Source: Octopus vulgaris (lineage: Eukaryota). Taken from it: a stretch of 64,000 nt of DNA. Positions 12,111 through 25,414 of this stretch are shown here, piece after piece (positions within the stretch are counted from its first letter, which is position 1; each line of letters begins with the position of its first letter). The DNA is taken from positions 17,174,001-17,238,000 of the forward strand of contig OX597832.1 of assembly GCA_951406725.2 (NCBI GenBank), written 5' to 3'. The translations under genes and the position numbers were made by a program. The notes beneath the pieces were generated by a model. That model saw only the letters and a list, made by a program, of their open reading frames with translations. It ran no database searches and was not told the origin of the DNA.

Positions 12111-13136
12111 ACTTTCTAAGGCAAGGAATCGTTGAGAGGGCAGGGAGCATTGGAGGAGGTTATCTTGTATTAGATGATGACCAGTTAGTGTGACAGAGAA
12201 ACAGAGAGACACAAACTAGTGTCTTGTTATAGAAGAGGTACATGGTTACCCAGCCAGAGAGAGAGAGATGTGTTAGATAAAGAAAGGACAGATTACACAT
12301 TGTAAATCTATCACATACTCCTAAAATGACTTGAAGGTAACAGATGGAAAGCTTTTAATAGTAGCTCTATCCAGTCAGAGTTGACCTGGGGTTAAACAAC
12401 AACCAGAGTGTATAAATAAATTGACAGTTGCATTAGAATGATAAAATATCTGGAATTCCTTTAGAAGTTTAACTGGCCAAATAACAGTTTCTGTTTAAGT
12501 AGGGCAACAGTTATAAATCAGAGAATGGCCAAACAATTCAAAAAATAGGCAATGTATATGTGTGTGTGTGTGTGTGTGTAAACATCATGTGGTTCTTGAA
12601 AGAGGCACAACAATGCTTCAATAATAAAGTTGTACAGTAGCTGTTGGGAAATATTAAATTTATGAAAATAATACCATTTGGTCGAATATTTTAATGTCAT
12701 GGTTACGTTATTCTGTTACAAATACCAAAACAAAGAAATCTTGCTTCTGCATATATATATATATATATTTTTATCTTATCAGCTTCTATTTTTATTGTGT
12801 AAGCGTTTCTTCTTTAAGGTCTACAACCAGAAATTAAATGATTGCCCACTAACACCTGCTGCTTGAGACACATGGATGTACTTCAGCTAACTCATAGCAA
12901 ATGTAAGGGACGTAATTGGATGGTTTGAGAAGAATGGGGTTTTTTTTTGTCATTATTGTTGTTTTGTTCTTATTTATTATTATTATTTTTTTTTTGCAAG
13001 TAGCTTACTTACCAACCATATAGTTCTGGGTTCAGCCCCTCTTGGGCAAGTGTCTTCTACTATAGCCTCGGGCCGACCTAAGCCTTGTGAGTGGATTTGG
13101 TAGACGGAAACTGAAAGAAACCCATCATAGATATAT

Positions 13137-13555
13137 ACATCATCATCATCATCGTTTACCGTCCGCTTTCCATGCTAACATGGGTTGGACGATTTGACTG
13201 AGGACTGACGAACCAGATAGCGGCACCAGGCTCGAATCTTGATCTGGCAGAGTTTCTACAGCTGGATGCCTTTCCTAATGCCAACCACTCCAAAAGTGTA
13301 GTGGGTGCTTTTACATGCTACCGGCACGGGGGCCAGTGAGGCAGCACTGGCAACGACCTCACTCAAATGTTTCTTCATGTGCCCCCAGCACAAGTGCCAG
13401 TAAAGCAACGCTGGTAACGATCACACTCGAATGATGCCTTTTACGTGCCACCAGCATGGAAGCCTGCTAGCCGCTCTGGCAACAGTCACGCTCAGATGGT
13501 GCTGTTAGTGCGCCACTAGCTGGGGCACAAGTGCCAGGAAGGCGACGCTGGTAAC
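13137..13555 (-). mobile_element. RTE-associated 3'-end repeat with (GAT)n tail, inserted into a SINE A (~13000-13745)
   Basis: Same family as 39097-39725; further copies at ~10886-11078, 16075-16255, 18574-18856, 21415-21890, 51285-51447, 55225-55533, 57850-58095. Confidence 0.8.
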
Positions 13556-14670
13556 TTATGTGTGTGTGTGTGTTTGTTCCCCCAACATTGCTTGACAACT
13601 GATGCTGGTGTGTTTATATCCCTGTAACTTAGCAGCCTGGCAAAAAAGACCAATAGAATAAGTGCTAAGCTTACAAAGAATTAGCCCTGCGGTTAATTTG
13701 CTCGACTAAAGGCCGTAGTCCAATGACTGAAACAAGCAAAAGAATTTGCTTTGATATATTTCAGTTTCTGAAACATTGTCGCCAGCATATTGCCATTGAG
13801 GAATTTCACTAATTCACTGCTTTTCTGAGAGCATGCTTTATAAATGAGTGTCTGTAACTCTTAGCAGAACAAATATCATAAGGGACCTTATCCTCGTCAT
13901 TATCACTATCATAATCATCACCATTATCATCATCATTTAATGTGCATTTTTAACTTCTTGCCTGCACTGTACCGTTCCTCTTCAACACGGCAGTTGTACA
14001 CTTGTCTCAATCATTCGTTATCTTTTTACTATCTATTTCCAGCACAGCAGATCATCATTTTATGATTGATAAACATATATAGCATCATCAACATCATCTT
14101 CATCATCATCTAGGCTGGAAGAACTGCAGTGAAGGAGCTGCTAGTTGGTTGGTCAGTTTGACATGATCTAATGATTTGAAGGACTGTTTTAAGTCCCATT
14201 GTCGGTTTTGTCATGATTTCTATGGCTAGCTACCCTCCTTAATGCCAACCATTTTACAGAGGGTACTGGATACTTATGTCTTAAAACCGACGTTAGTGAG
14301 GTTACAAATTGATACACACATACACTACAATCACACATATATCTTATCATCATCATCATCATTTAGTGTTCATTTTCCATGTTCGCATGAGCTGGATGCT
14401 TTGACTGGAGCTGGCAAGCCAGAGCACTGAACCAAGCTCTGCTATCTGTTTTAGCATAGTTTCTATGACTGGATGCCCTTCCATATGACTTTACAGACTG
14501 TACCTGGTGCTTTTTACATGACACCAACACTACTGGGGTCACCCAGAAGCTTGTGAGACAAAGACCCCTTCAAGATGATGTTTAGTTATAACAGAGGGAC
14601 AGATATTGGTGATTTGTTGTAGAGAAGATACATGACTACCTCAGTCAGAGGAATATTTTCTAACTTACGG

Positions 14671-14723
<53 letters not shown>

Positions 14724-16814
14724 TACATGCATATTTCAAAAGACACCAGAGCAGAAACAACAGAGATTGGAGTTTCAAGTCAATAGACAAGCTCACTGGA
14801 CAAAACACGAAACACCAGTGCAGAAGCAATGGAGGTTGCAGTCTTAAGCCAATTGAAAAGTTCACTTTACCATGCTGGAGCACTGCCTTTAGTTGAACAA
14901 ATCGACTTGAGCTGTAAGACAGGTATGAAATTCTGTGCAGAGAAACCCTGTTCTTCTTTGAACAAGTCAACAAGTCCGAGGGTTATCATTACCATAGAAG
15001 ACATTTTCCCTTTTTTCTTTCTCATTGTGTTTTGCTCAGCGTGTGACAAGTAATTTGTTTTTATAGAATTTCATTGAAGTGATCCTTGTACCCATTGCAA
15101 GATATCAATATATATATAAAGAGACCGAGAGAAATAGTAAAGAGATAGGACACTGTGACTCTAAAGTATGAGACAGCCTAAAAGATTCAACTCAGAGCAT
15201 GCTTCAACTAGAAAATAAATGACGTGATAGATAAGCATAGCCTTGTAGCTAAGTCACAGATATACGATGATGACATGGGACTGTAGCTAGGTTATACATA
15301 CATGATGACAGATTTTGTTATCTAAGATTCTTTTCACCATCATCATCATCATTTGAAGTCCGTTTTCCTTGCTGGCATGGGTTGGATGGTTTGACTGAAA
15401 ACTGGTAAGCCAGGGAGCTGCACCAGGTTCCGATCTGATTTGGCAAGGTTTCTATGGCTGGATGCCCTTCCTAATGCCAACCACTCTGAGAAGGTAGTGG
15501 GTGTTTGTTTATGTGCAATCGGCACAGGTGCCATTAAGCTGATACCAACATCGGCCACGACTGCAGTCTCACTTGGCTGACATGTCGACACAAGTGTGGT
15601 ATATCGCCAAAGGCCTCACTCACTTGTCTTGCCTCTTTTACTTGTGTCAGTTATTAGATTGTGGCCCTTCTGGGGCATCGCCTTAAAGAATCTTACTCGA
15701 ACAAATCAACCCCAGTATTTATTTTTTTAAAAGTCTGGTCTCCTTTTTTCAAACTGCTAAATTAGAGGGCCATAAACACATCGACACTGGTTGTTAAGTG
15801 GCTGTGTGTAGGGATAAACACAGACTCAAAGACTCATGCAACCACACCACCTCTATCTCTGAGTAAACGAGTTTAAGACCAGCTATGCTTAAAACTCTCT
15901 TAACAACTTTTACTCTGTGTGATAATTTACCGTATTTTAACATATATAAGGAACGCCCTAATTTGGGGGGCTTAAAATTTGGAAAAAGGGTTTTTGTAAA
16001 GGATTATAATACTATCCATTTATGAGAAACTGACATATTTTTTTAACCTAATTTTTGTCAAAAAAGGGTTCCTTATCATCATCATCATCATCATTTAACG
16101 TCCGTTTTCCATGCTAGCATGGGTTGGACGGTTTTGACTGAGGTCTAGTGAACCAGATGGCTGCACCAGGCTCCAGTCTTGATCTGGTAGAGTTTCTACA
16201 GCTGGATGCCCTTCCACTCCGAAAGTGTAGTGGGTGCTTTTTACGTGCCACCTGCATGTTAAAATACAGTAATATGTAAAAGGTTGAGTAGAAGCTATAA
16301 ATATGGAAGCACATACTAGAATTACAAAGTTTCAGCCATTCCGTTACCATATTTCTGTTGAATTGCATTGCCTTTGTTGCAATTAATTTTGAAAAAAATG
16401 AAGAATTTAGTAGAATAACTGCCATTTTCCAGTTGGTATTTTGAGCAAAAATTAACATGGAATTTTGGTGGCAGCTTTTAATTTCAATCACTCTGAAACA
16501 AAAGGTTTATTATAAAACTTTTAGTTTTAGTAAGGTTTGTGTAGAGCTTTCCAAATACAGTTTGCAGCAAAGATAACAAATTTAGTAAGTAAAACGCAAT
16601 ACAGGTCTCTTCTTCCATCTGGAAAGTAGCTATACACTCTCTTTACTCTATTACTTTTGACTGCGGCCATCCAAGCAATCGACGCCAGGACTTATTCTTT
16701 GTAAGCCTAGTACTTATTCTATCGGTCTCTTTTGTCAAACCGCTAAGTTACAGGGACGTAAACACACCAGCATCGGTTGTCAAGCGATGTTGTTAGGACA
16801 AACACAGACACAAA

Positions 16815-16855
<41 letters not shown>

Positions 16856-17216
16856 CATATACACGACGGGCTTCTTTCAGTTTCCGTCTACCAAATCTAC
16901 TCACAAGGTATCGGTCGGCCCAAGGCTATAGTAGAAGACACTTGCCCAAGGTGCCATGCAGTGGGACTGAACCCGGAACCATGTGGTTCGTAAGCAAGCT
17001 ACTTTATTTCATTAAGATTTGCCATAAAGGCATCACAAAGAGTAGCTTGTGGGCTGGACATATACATTGATGAGGTGAATGATGAAGCAAGGATGCTATT
17101 GATGAGAGAAGGCAGAAAACGCCCGCCGATTTTCTGCTTCTCTGAAACATTGTTCTTTTTTTTTTTTTTTTCCATGAAAAACGACAATTATTGGACTTAA
17201 TAGTCCATTACAAATA

Positions 17217-17582
17217 TTTTTATATATAAAAGTCACGTTGTGTGTCTGTCTCTTACGATTTAGATTCCTAATTACTCCCACATTTTGCGGTGCAGTTTAT
17301 AGTCGTGATTCATATCGAGCCCTTCTGGGTATTAGCGCGCGTCTGTGATGAGTCTACGATTTTAAAAATAATTTACCATCATTTTTTTCCATTTTAATGC
17401 ATTTTTTCGCTATTATATAAGGGAAGTAACTCTCTAAAAATGTCTACGATGAGTCAACGATTTAAAAAAAATTTACCATCATTTTTTTTCCATTTTTAAT
17501 GCATTTTTTGGCTATAACTCTCTAAAAATGCTTTATAGTTATTTCCCTTACAAACCCGAGCAACGCCGGGCGATACTGCTAG
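17217..17582 (+). mobile_element. Non-autonomous Helitron, second family
   Basis: Ends ACAAACCCGAGCAACGCCGGGCGATACTGCTAG|T, identical to 80-477; 5' end tatatataaaag...gttgtgtgtctgt similar; internal ~95-bp tandem duplication (~17345-17530). Confidence 0.8.
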
Positions 17583-18009
17583 TATATAATAAATTATTCA
17601 ATATGCACACAATCTATAAGATCAATCCTCCTCATCGGAGCCCCCAAGCAAATGACACGCCGCCTGCAGGAAAGCCTGCATCGGCAGGTCGAGCCCCGGA
17701 AAGAGGAAAGCAAAATCTTCCCTATTACAGGTCACCATGACCTCGAACTGCTCCTTCTGACGGTAAGCCAGCTACTTACCACACAGCCGCTCCTGAGTTT
17801 ATGTTTGATATGCAGGAGAAATGTAAATGGTAAAGCCATATGGTATATCCAATGTAAAGTATGTGTGAAAGAAATGTAGAGTGGGATCATGAGCAGATTA
17901 ACTATATAACAGATGTTATAGATGTAACTACGTAACATATGTGAAGTAGTAGACAGCAGTAAGAACATCCATGGTATTGATTGTCTATAAATTCCTAAAA
18001 GTCTCTTGA

Positions 18010-18520
18010 AAATAGATGACAGCTTCTGATACCCAGCTGATCTAATCAATAGTAAAACCATTTCAGGAGCATTGTAGCTTAGTGTGACCATGGGGTGGGA
18101 AATGATTTAGGAAACTGTTAGTTTTGCTTTCAACAAAGGGATTCTGTCTTTCTTCGAGTGAAGGGTAGATTGTATGATGCTTGTGTCCAAAGTACAATGT
18201 TACATTTTAGCAAAGCATTGGCATTGGATGAGGAAGGTATGTGAAGGTTTTGGCAAAACAGATGTAGCAAGCCTGTTTCACTGGATGTGTAAAGGAGCCA
18301 ACAGCAAAATTAGACATAAGAGAATGTAAATTCAGTGTATAAGAGAGAAGGCGGAACTGGTGTAGATATGTGATGATAGTAGAGGATAACAGAGAAATAA
18401 AGAACTGTTGAGTGATCCATGTACAAAGATCCTATGAAAAAGAGGACATGACCAAAAGTGGTGAGGGCTGATCTCAAGGGACTCATAAACATAAAGAAGA
18501 TGGTGAAGGACTGCCATCAT
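18010..18520 (+). mobile_element. Old, degenerate RTE LINE ORF fragment
   Basis: From 18152 reads LRVKGRLYDACVQSTMLH, matching the RTE post-RT K..LY...V...MLYG motif; many stops and frameshifts. Confidence 0.65.
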
Positions 18521-20657
18521 CATCAACATCATTCATATAGCTGGTTTGCATTTTATATTTTTATTCGAGCAAGGTCATTGCCTGTGTCGCTGGACTGGCT
18601 CCTGTGCAGGTGGTACGTGAAAAAACACCATTTGAGCCTGGCCGTTGCCAGTACTGCCTGACTGGCACTCATGCCGGTGGCATGTAAAAACACCCACTAC
18701 ACTCTCGGAGTGGTTGGCGTTAGGAAGGGCATCCAGCTGTAGAAACTCTGCCAGATCAAGATGGAGCCTGGTGCAGCCATCTGGTTCGCCAGCCCTCAAT
18801 CAAATCGTCCAACCCATGCTAGCATGGAAGCAGACGTTAAACGATGATGATGATGACTTTTTAGTATTTTACAGCCAGAAGTTCTTGTTATTAGCCCTGT
18901 AAGGTTTCTTTTATGACACCCAGGGACGAGCCTGATCTTAATTTATTGTGCACATGATAACCCTTTTTAATGATTTGGGAGGCAAAAAAGATTATAGCTG
19001 TAAAATGATGGCGGTTTTGGTGGTGGTCGTCGTGGAAGCACTGATGGTAGTGGTGGTGGTGGCAGCGACACTGGTGATGGTAACAGCAGTGGCAATCGAC
19101 TTCATAATTTTAAACAACAAATTATTAGTAATTAGTTAAAATACATTTATGACACTAAATAAGCTTTGTAAATTTTACATTTTAAAATTATAAAAATTAT
19201 TAAAATACGAAGGCCCCATATGTGTAGAAATTAATGCAAAAACTATTTTCTAAGAGTGATATATGTGTATCGTATAAAACTAAAATGTTATGACACCAAA
19301 CTCCAAATTAACAATAAAACAAATAATTTATATCACAAATTAGCTTCATTTAATTTTTTTTTAATTATATAACAACAATGCAGTCATTTTATAAAATTCA
19401 AAATTATAAAATCATTAAAAATCATAAAAATTATGATGTTAAGATATTTAATAATACCAAATATTAATTGCGTAATTTTAGAAAATTCGAATTCATAAAG
19501 TTGTAATTTTATGATTTGCAATCATAAAGTTTTATAATACCAACTACTAAATTAGTTCTAATTAAGGAAAAAAAATATATATATAACAATGAAACAAACC
19601 ATTTAATTAAAACAAAAAGGGAAAGAAAAAGAGCAAGTATTATAATCATATAATTTTATGAAATTTTAAATTATAAATATTATACCAAACACCAAATTAT
19701 TACCAAACACCAGTAATTATTGAAAAAAGAAAAAAAAGTTAATTTGATATAACCAAACACTAATTTAATTGTAAACTTTCATAGAGTTAAATTAAAAGTT
19801 ATATTTATGATTAACAGTACAGAGAGAGAGAGAGAGAGAGAGAATTGGTTGAATCAAATGACAGATTAATTGCTTTGAAATTTTTACTTAAGATTCCTTT
19901 AAATTGTGTGTTCAAATGGTTAACTTTGGCTTTAATTTCCTCTGAGATCAATAAAAAAAAAAAAACTAGCAGTCTAAGTATTAGAGGTTGATTTAATTAA
20001 CAGCACCTTCTTCCTCCCATATTTCTGGCTTTGTGCCAATGTTAGAAATCATTATTCATGATAAATACTTTCACAATTGATATTTTAGACTGGCAAACGC
20101 CGAGTTTAGTTAGGCTAAACTTTCATACATAGACATTCAGTGTACGTACAGTAAAAATCAATTTTGTGACATCAAATACCAATTTAGGCGTAAATTCTGA
20201 TTTAACATTCAATGTTATACTTATGAATAATACAGTAAAAATCAATTTTATGCCATCAAGTATCAATGTGGCCATTTGAGCGGAAATTGTGGTTTAACCC
20301 TTTTGACATCCATTCACTGGAAACTACTTCACGGCCATTGTTTCTTTAACCGTGTGTCCCCACCTGCTACCTCTTACTACTCCTCTGTCCTGATTCCTCA
20401 GCGCCACCAGCAGATAGCTTTTAACTGTTTCAGTTATCAGACTGTGGCCATACTGGTGTACTGTCTTTGGAGAGGGCTTGGGTTATTCTTTTAAAGCCGT
20501 GTATTTGTTCTGTCGGTCTCTTTTGAGGGATGTAAGTACACCAACACCGGTGATCAAGCAGTGGTGGTGGAACAAACACAGACACAAAGACACACACATG
20601 CACGCACACACATACACACATTGTATGTACATATATATATATATATAAGCCAATTGT

Positions 20658-20703
<46 letters not shown>

Positions 20704-21038
20704 ATATGTATAGGGTCTAGGACTAAGGTAAAAGTTTTTATTTTTCAATCACTTTCAGAATTATAACAATTAGTGGCTTGGAGTGAGTCAGATATCCTAT
20801 TCTATGGGTATCTCTTTTGTGTTTGAATGTACACTGTATTCTTCTCTCTCTCTCTCTCTCTCTCTACATATATACATATATACAATGGGCTTCTTTTAGT
20901 TTCCATTTACCAAATTCACCTACAAGGCTTTGATTAGCCTGAGGCTACAGTAGAAGATGTACCCAAGGTGCTACCTAGTGACATTTCAGAAACAAACTTC
21001 TACCCTCACAGCCATACCTGCGCCTGTAAAAAGTATTA

Positions 21039-21110
21039 AGGTCTCACCAAGATTTGAACTCAGATCTCTGGATTCAAAATGCAGAATGCTAACCATTACA
21101 CCAAGAGGCC
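21039..21110 (-). pseudogene. tRNA-Gln(TTG)-like pseudogene
   Basis: 72 nt GGCCTCTTGGTGTAATGGTTAGCATTCTGCATTTTGAATCCAGAGATCTGAGTTCAAATCTTGGTGAGACCT, close to metazoan tRNA-Gln; mismatches in acceptor (C.A, T.T) and anticodon (C.C) stems; T5 tract just downstream. Confidence 0.85.
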
Positions 21111-23067
21111 TGCTTATGATAGGGATTTTTTTTCTTTCTGTTTTTCCTTTTTATTTCTTTCTTTATTTTCCTTTTTTTTTTACCTTTCTGAAATGAAGGC
21201 AAAGCCCATGACAATTAATTGGATAGAAGGAAGCAAGGTCTCCTGAAACCAGACTAGAACTTTAGCCAAAATACTTGCAATATAACAGGTGCCACTACAA
21301 GCCTGAAAGGCAGTGGTGTTAAATCAAGTGATAGATTAAGACTACCTATACAGAAATATGGGAAGTATAGTTGGACTCTGCCAAATCTGAACTTAACTAT
21401 CATATCTGATGGCATCATCATCATCATCATCATTGTTTAATGTCCGCTTTCCATGCCAGCATGGGTTGGATGATTTCACTGAGGACTGGCAAGCTTGATG
21501 GCTGCACCAGGCTCCAGTCTGAGCTGGCAGAGTTTCTATAGCTGGATGCCATTCCTAACGCCAACCACTCCAAGAGTGTTTCGGGTGCTTTTACATACCA
21601 CCAGCGTGAGAGCCAGTCAGGCGGTATTGGCCACACTCAAATGGTGTTTTTTACATGCCACCTGCACAGGAGCCAGTCCAGCAGCTCTGGCAATGACCTC
21701 AGTCGAATGTTTTTTCTCGTGCCACCGGCACAAGTGCCAGTAAGGCAATGCTGGTAATGGTCACGCTCGAATTGTGCTTTTTATGTGCCACCAGCACAGA
21801 AACCAGTTAGCTGCTCTGGCAACGGTCACCCTCGGATGGTGCTCTTAGTGCTCCACTAGCATGGATGCCAGTCATCGAATTTGATTCCGATATCTAAGAT
21901 GCAAATTTTTTCCCAAAATATATCTCCAAACATCATCCTTTGGGTCTGTCTTTGAAGTTGGGCCTTCCATAAGCTTTAATTACTAAAACCATAATTTTTC
22001 TCACAAATATTTGTTGCTGAAACTGGGTTGCATCTAATACACCCATGCTTCTTTTTATGCCATCAAATACAATAAATAACCTAAGACTTTAATTGGTGCT
22101 CTACCAACTTGGCTCATAAATATAATTATTTCTAGCAGAGGCATCAAGGCCACATATTGGAAGGTGAGTAAAAAAAATGTAAGATGGCAAACCCTTTTGT
22201 TACCATATTTCTATTGAGAAACACTACCTCTCATGCTCATCACCATAATCATCAGCATCGTCATCCTGTGTCTGTTTTCCCAGTTGGTATGGTTGTGTGT
22301 GTATGTTTATGTGTCTGTGTTTGTCCTCTCCATGACCATCACTTGACAACCGATGTTGGTGTGTTTATGTCCCCGTAACTTAGCGGTTCGGCAAAAGGGA
22401 CCGATAGAATAAGTAATAGGCTTACAAAGAAATAAGTCCTGGGATCGATTTCTCCAACTAAAGGCGGTGTCCCAGCATGGCCACAGTCAAATGACTGAAA
22501 CAAGTAAAAGAGTAAAGTTAATTATTGTACTAAATCTAATAAATTTTTGATTATTTTCAAAAATTAATTGCAAAATGAAAATGGTGTATTTCATTAAAAA
22601 ACAGTTTTGAAAAAGATGATTAAAAAACTAACAAACAAACAAACAATTAGTGATTTTCTATAATACTTACAAAGAATGCTGCAATTATAATTTATTAAAG
22701 TAGGGCAATAGTGGAGATGGTAATTATTTAACTTAGTAATTTACATACTAGCCAATCCCTAATCGCCAGATGACTATTTGGAACAAATTTATGCAAGCCT
22801 CTGTGTGTGTGTGTGTGTGTGTGTATATGTGAGTGTGTGCATGCGGGCTTATCTGTTTGGGTATGTGTGTGTATGAATTGTGTAACGCATTATCAGACAA
22901 GAAAACGTGTAACGAGTTGTAAATTAGGCAAAGAAAAGCTGGCTTCATTGATATCCTAATTGAAACACTCTCTCTCTCTCACTATCTCTCTTTCTTCCCC
23001 CCTCATTTTTCCATGCTAACTTCATTTTCTATTGACCTTTTCTCTCACTGTGTATGTAGTATATATG

Positions 23068-23112
<45 letters not shown>

Positions 23113-23174
23113 TCATCATCATCATCATCATCGTTTATATATATATACACATGTGTGTGTGTGTGTATATATAT

Positions 23175-23210
<36 letters not shown>

Positions 23211-23498
23211 CAATAAGAAAATGGAGGGGATCAATAGGTTGTTCAACTTTTAGATATATGATGTAAATTTATTTATTTATTTATTTATTTTATTTCCTAA
23301 AATGACAATTACAAGAATATACATACATGTATAACATATTATACTTTACATTACCCTCAGCCATTTAGTACACTCTGTAATGTAATTGCAATGCAATAAA
23401 AAACACTTGTGTTTTAATAATTGGATATTCTACCAATAGTATATTGGATAGATATTATCCCTTAGTTGGTTGGATTCACAGCCTCTAACTCTCTTAGA

Positions 23499-23533
<35 letters not shown>

Positions 23534-23597
23534 AACACATATATACATATATATATATACGCATATTACACACACATAGATATGTATATCAACATAT

Positions 23598-23643
<46 letters not shown>

Positions 23644-23665
23644 TGATAGATACACAGATATATTG

Positions 23666-23707
<42 letters not shown>

Positions 23708-23796
23708 AATAATAATAAATATAAGGGAATAAAACCAAACTTACAGGGAAAAATCAGATTTAGGATTGAATCCAATTTTATAGTAAAATATTATAT

Positions 23797-24018
23797 TATA
23801 TTAAATTAGAGACAAAACCACTATTAGGCAAATCAAACAATGAAAAACTTAAGCCGATACATATGATTAATTTATATTATTTAAATATATAACAAAATTA
23901 TTTAAAAAATTATATTTTTTTAATAATTTTGTTATATATTTAAATAATATAAATTAATTATATGTATCGGCTTAAGTTTTTCATTGTTTGATTTGCCTAA
24001 TAGTGGTTTTGTCTCTAA

Positions 24019-24027
<9 letters not shown>
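23797..24027. repeat. Near-perfect palindrome (~113-bp arms, 3-nt loop)
   Basis: Arms are reverse complements with two mismatches seen; centre ~23912; embedded between (TA)n tracts. Confidence 0.93.
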
Positions 24028-24064
<37 letters not shown>

Positions 24065-25414
24065 TCATCATCATCTTTAATAAATGTCTATTTCCCATGC
24101 TGGCATGGGTTGGATGGTTTGATAGAAACTGGTAAGCCAGAGGACTACTGCACCAAGCTCTATGTGATATGGTTTGACACAGGTTTTATTTTTCAATGCC
24201 CTTCCTATACATATTAATTTCCATTATGTCCTTTATATTGTATCAAAATATTTAAGATCTAAAGTGTTAATATATGAATGCGAAAGAGATAGTTGCATAA
24301 CTGTAAACTTACTTTTGGGCCACTCTGTATGTATAGTTATAAGGGTGTTTGTTTGTTATGGCCAGTCTGAGAGTGTCTATTTGTATCATGCCTATAAAGC
24401 ACGTAGCTGTATTGGCAACTTGTCAGCATGGTTGGCCGGAGATACGTAACCTCTCTACAACTGGAGGAAGGCATATGTCAGGCTCAGTTAATTTTGTGTA
24501 CAAAAAAATTCTAGAATGGAAGTCTGCTGGCAATATATATATGGGTGAGGTGAACTTATCTCCCTTCGATCGGTTCCAGTTGCATCTGGGGCAGGTCAGT
24601 GTATAGTTGAAGGTTTTCCCTTGTTTTGACATTGCATGACAGTTTTTAAAAAGACTGTCATTATCATATAACCTGTGCCCTTCATATTCACCCTTCAACG
24701 AAAACACGACCAGCCAACAGATCTGGGTTTGCAACAGGAAAAACATCCAGAGGGCATGGAAAATTTGTCCTCACGAATTTCACTGGCTCCATGCAAGCAT
24801 GGCCAATTGGTCTTCGGAATGATAATAGTGATCATCATCATCATCATCATCATTGTTCGACCGTGATCGAGACAATGGAATTTACCATGCTTCGCCAGAC
24901 TTCACAGTCCATCATAGCATTACAGAGGTCTTGTTGCTGGATGCCTGTATCCCTGGAGATTATACATCAGGGTAGGAGAGTGTGCGCCCTCTGGTATTGC
25001 AAGTAGATGGCTTCCAGAGGAGAAGAGTAGAAATTACCTCGTTTTTAGCTCTACAACAATAGTGATGGCGACGACAGTGGTGATGATGGTGATGGTGATA
25101 GTGATGATGATGTCTTAAGTATGATGATGTAGTTGTCATTCTTGTTGAGCTGTTTATGAGCTGTGAAACCCTGTTATTCAATGCTCTATTCTGTTGAGAG
25201 AAAGAGAGAGAGGACCATGTGGTTTCAGTAAAGAGTCTCTCTGTCTGTCTCTCTCTTTATTCCTCTCTCTCTCTCTCTCTCTCTCACACACCCTCACAAA
25301 TGCACACACACATACACACATGACAATTGACAGTTGGATCAGAGAATCGTGCTCCCAGAGAGATAGACAACGACAGACTGAAATCTCTCCACCCAACACT
25401 TGTTCAAATGTAAA

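Noticed and set aside
15929-16075. TACCGTA-type DNA transposon end, with possibly related pieces at ~21900-22070 and ~46140-46340
   Set aside because: No matching second TIR or TSD could be located, so it was not annotated.
19140-19810. Very AT-rich block resembling organellar DNA or a control region
   Set aside because: No mitochondrial gene, rRNA or tRNA similarity recognised; only short ACCAAACAC repeats.
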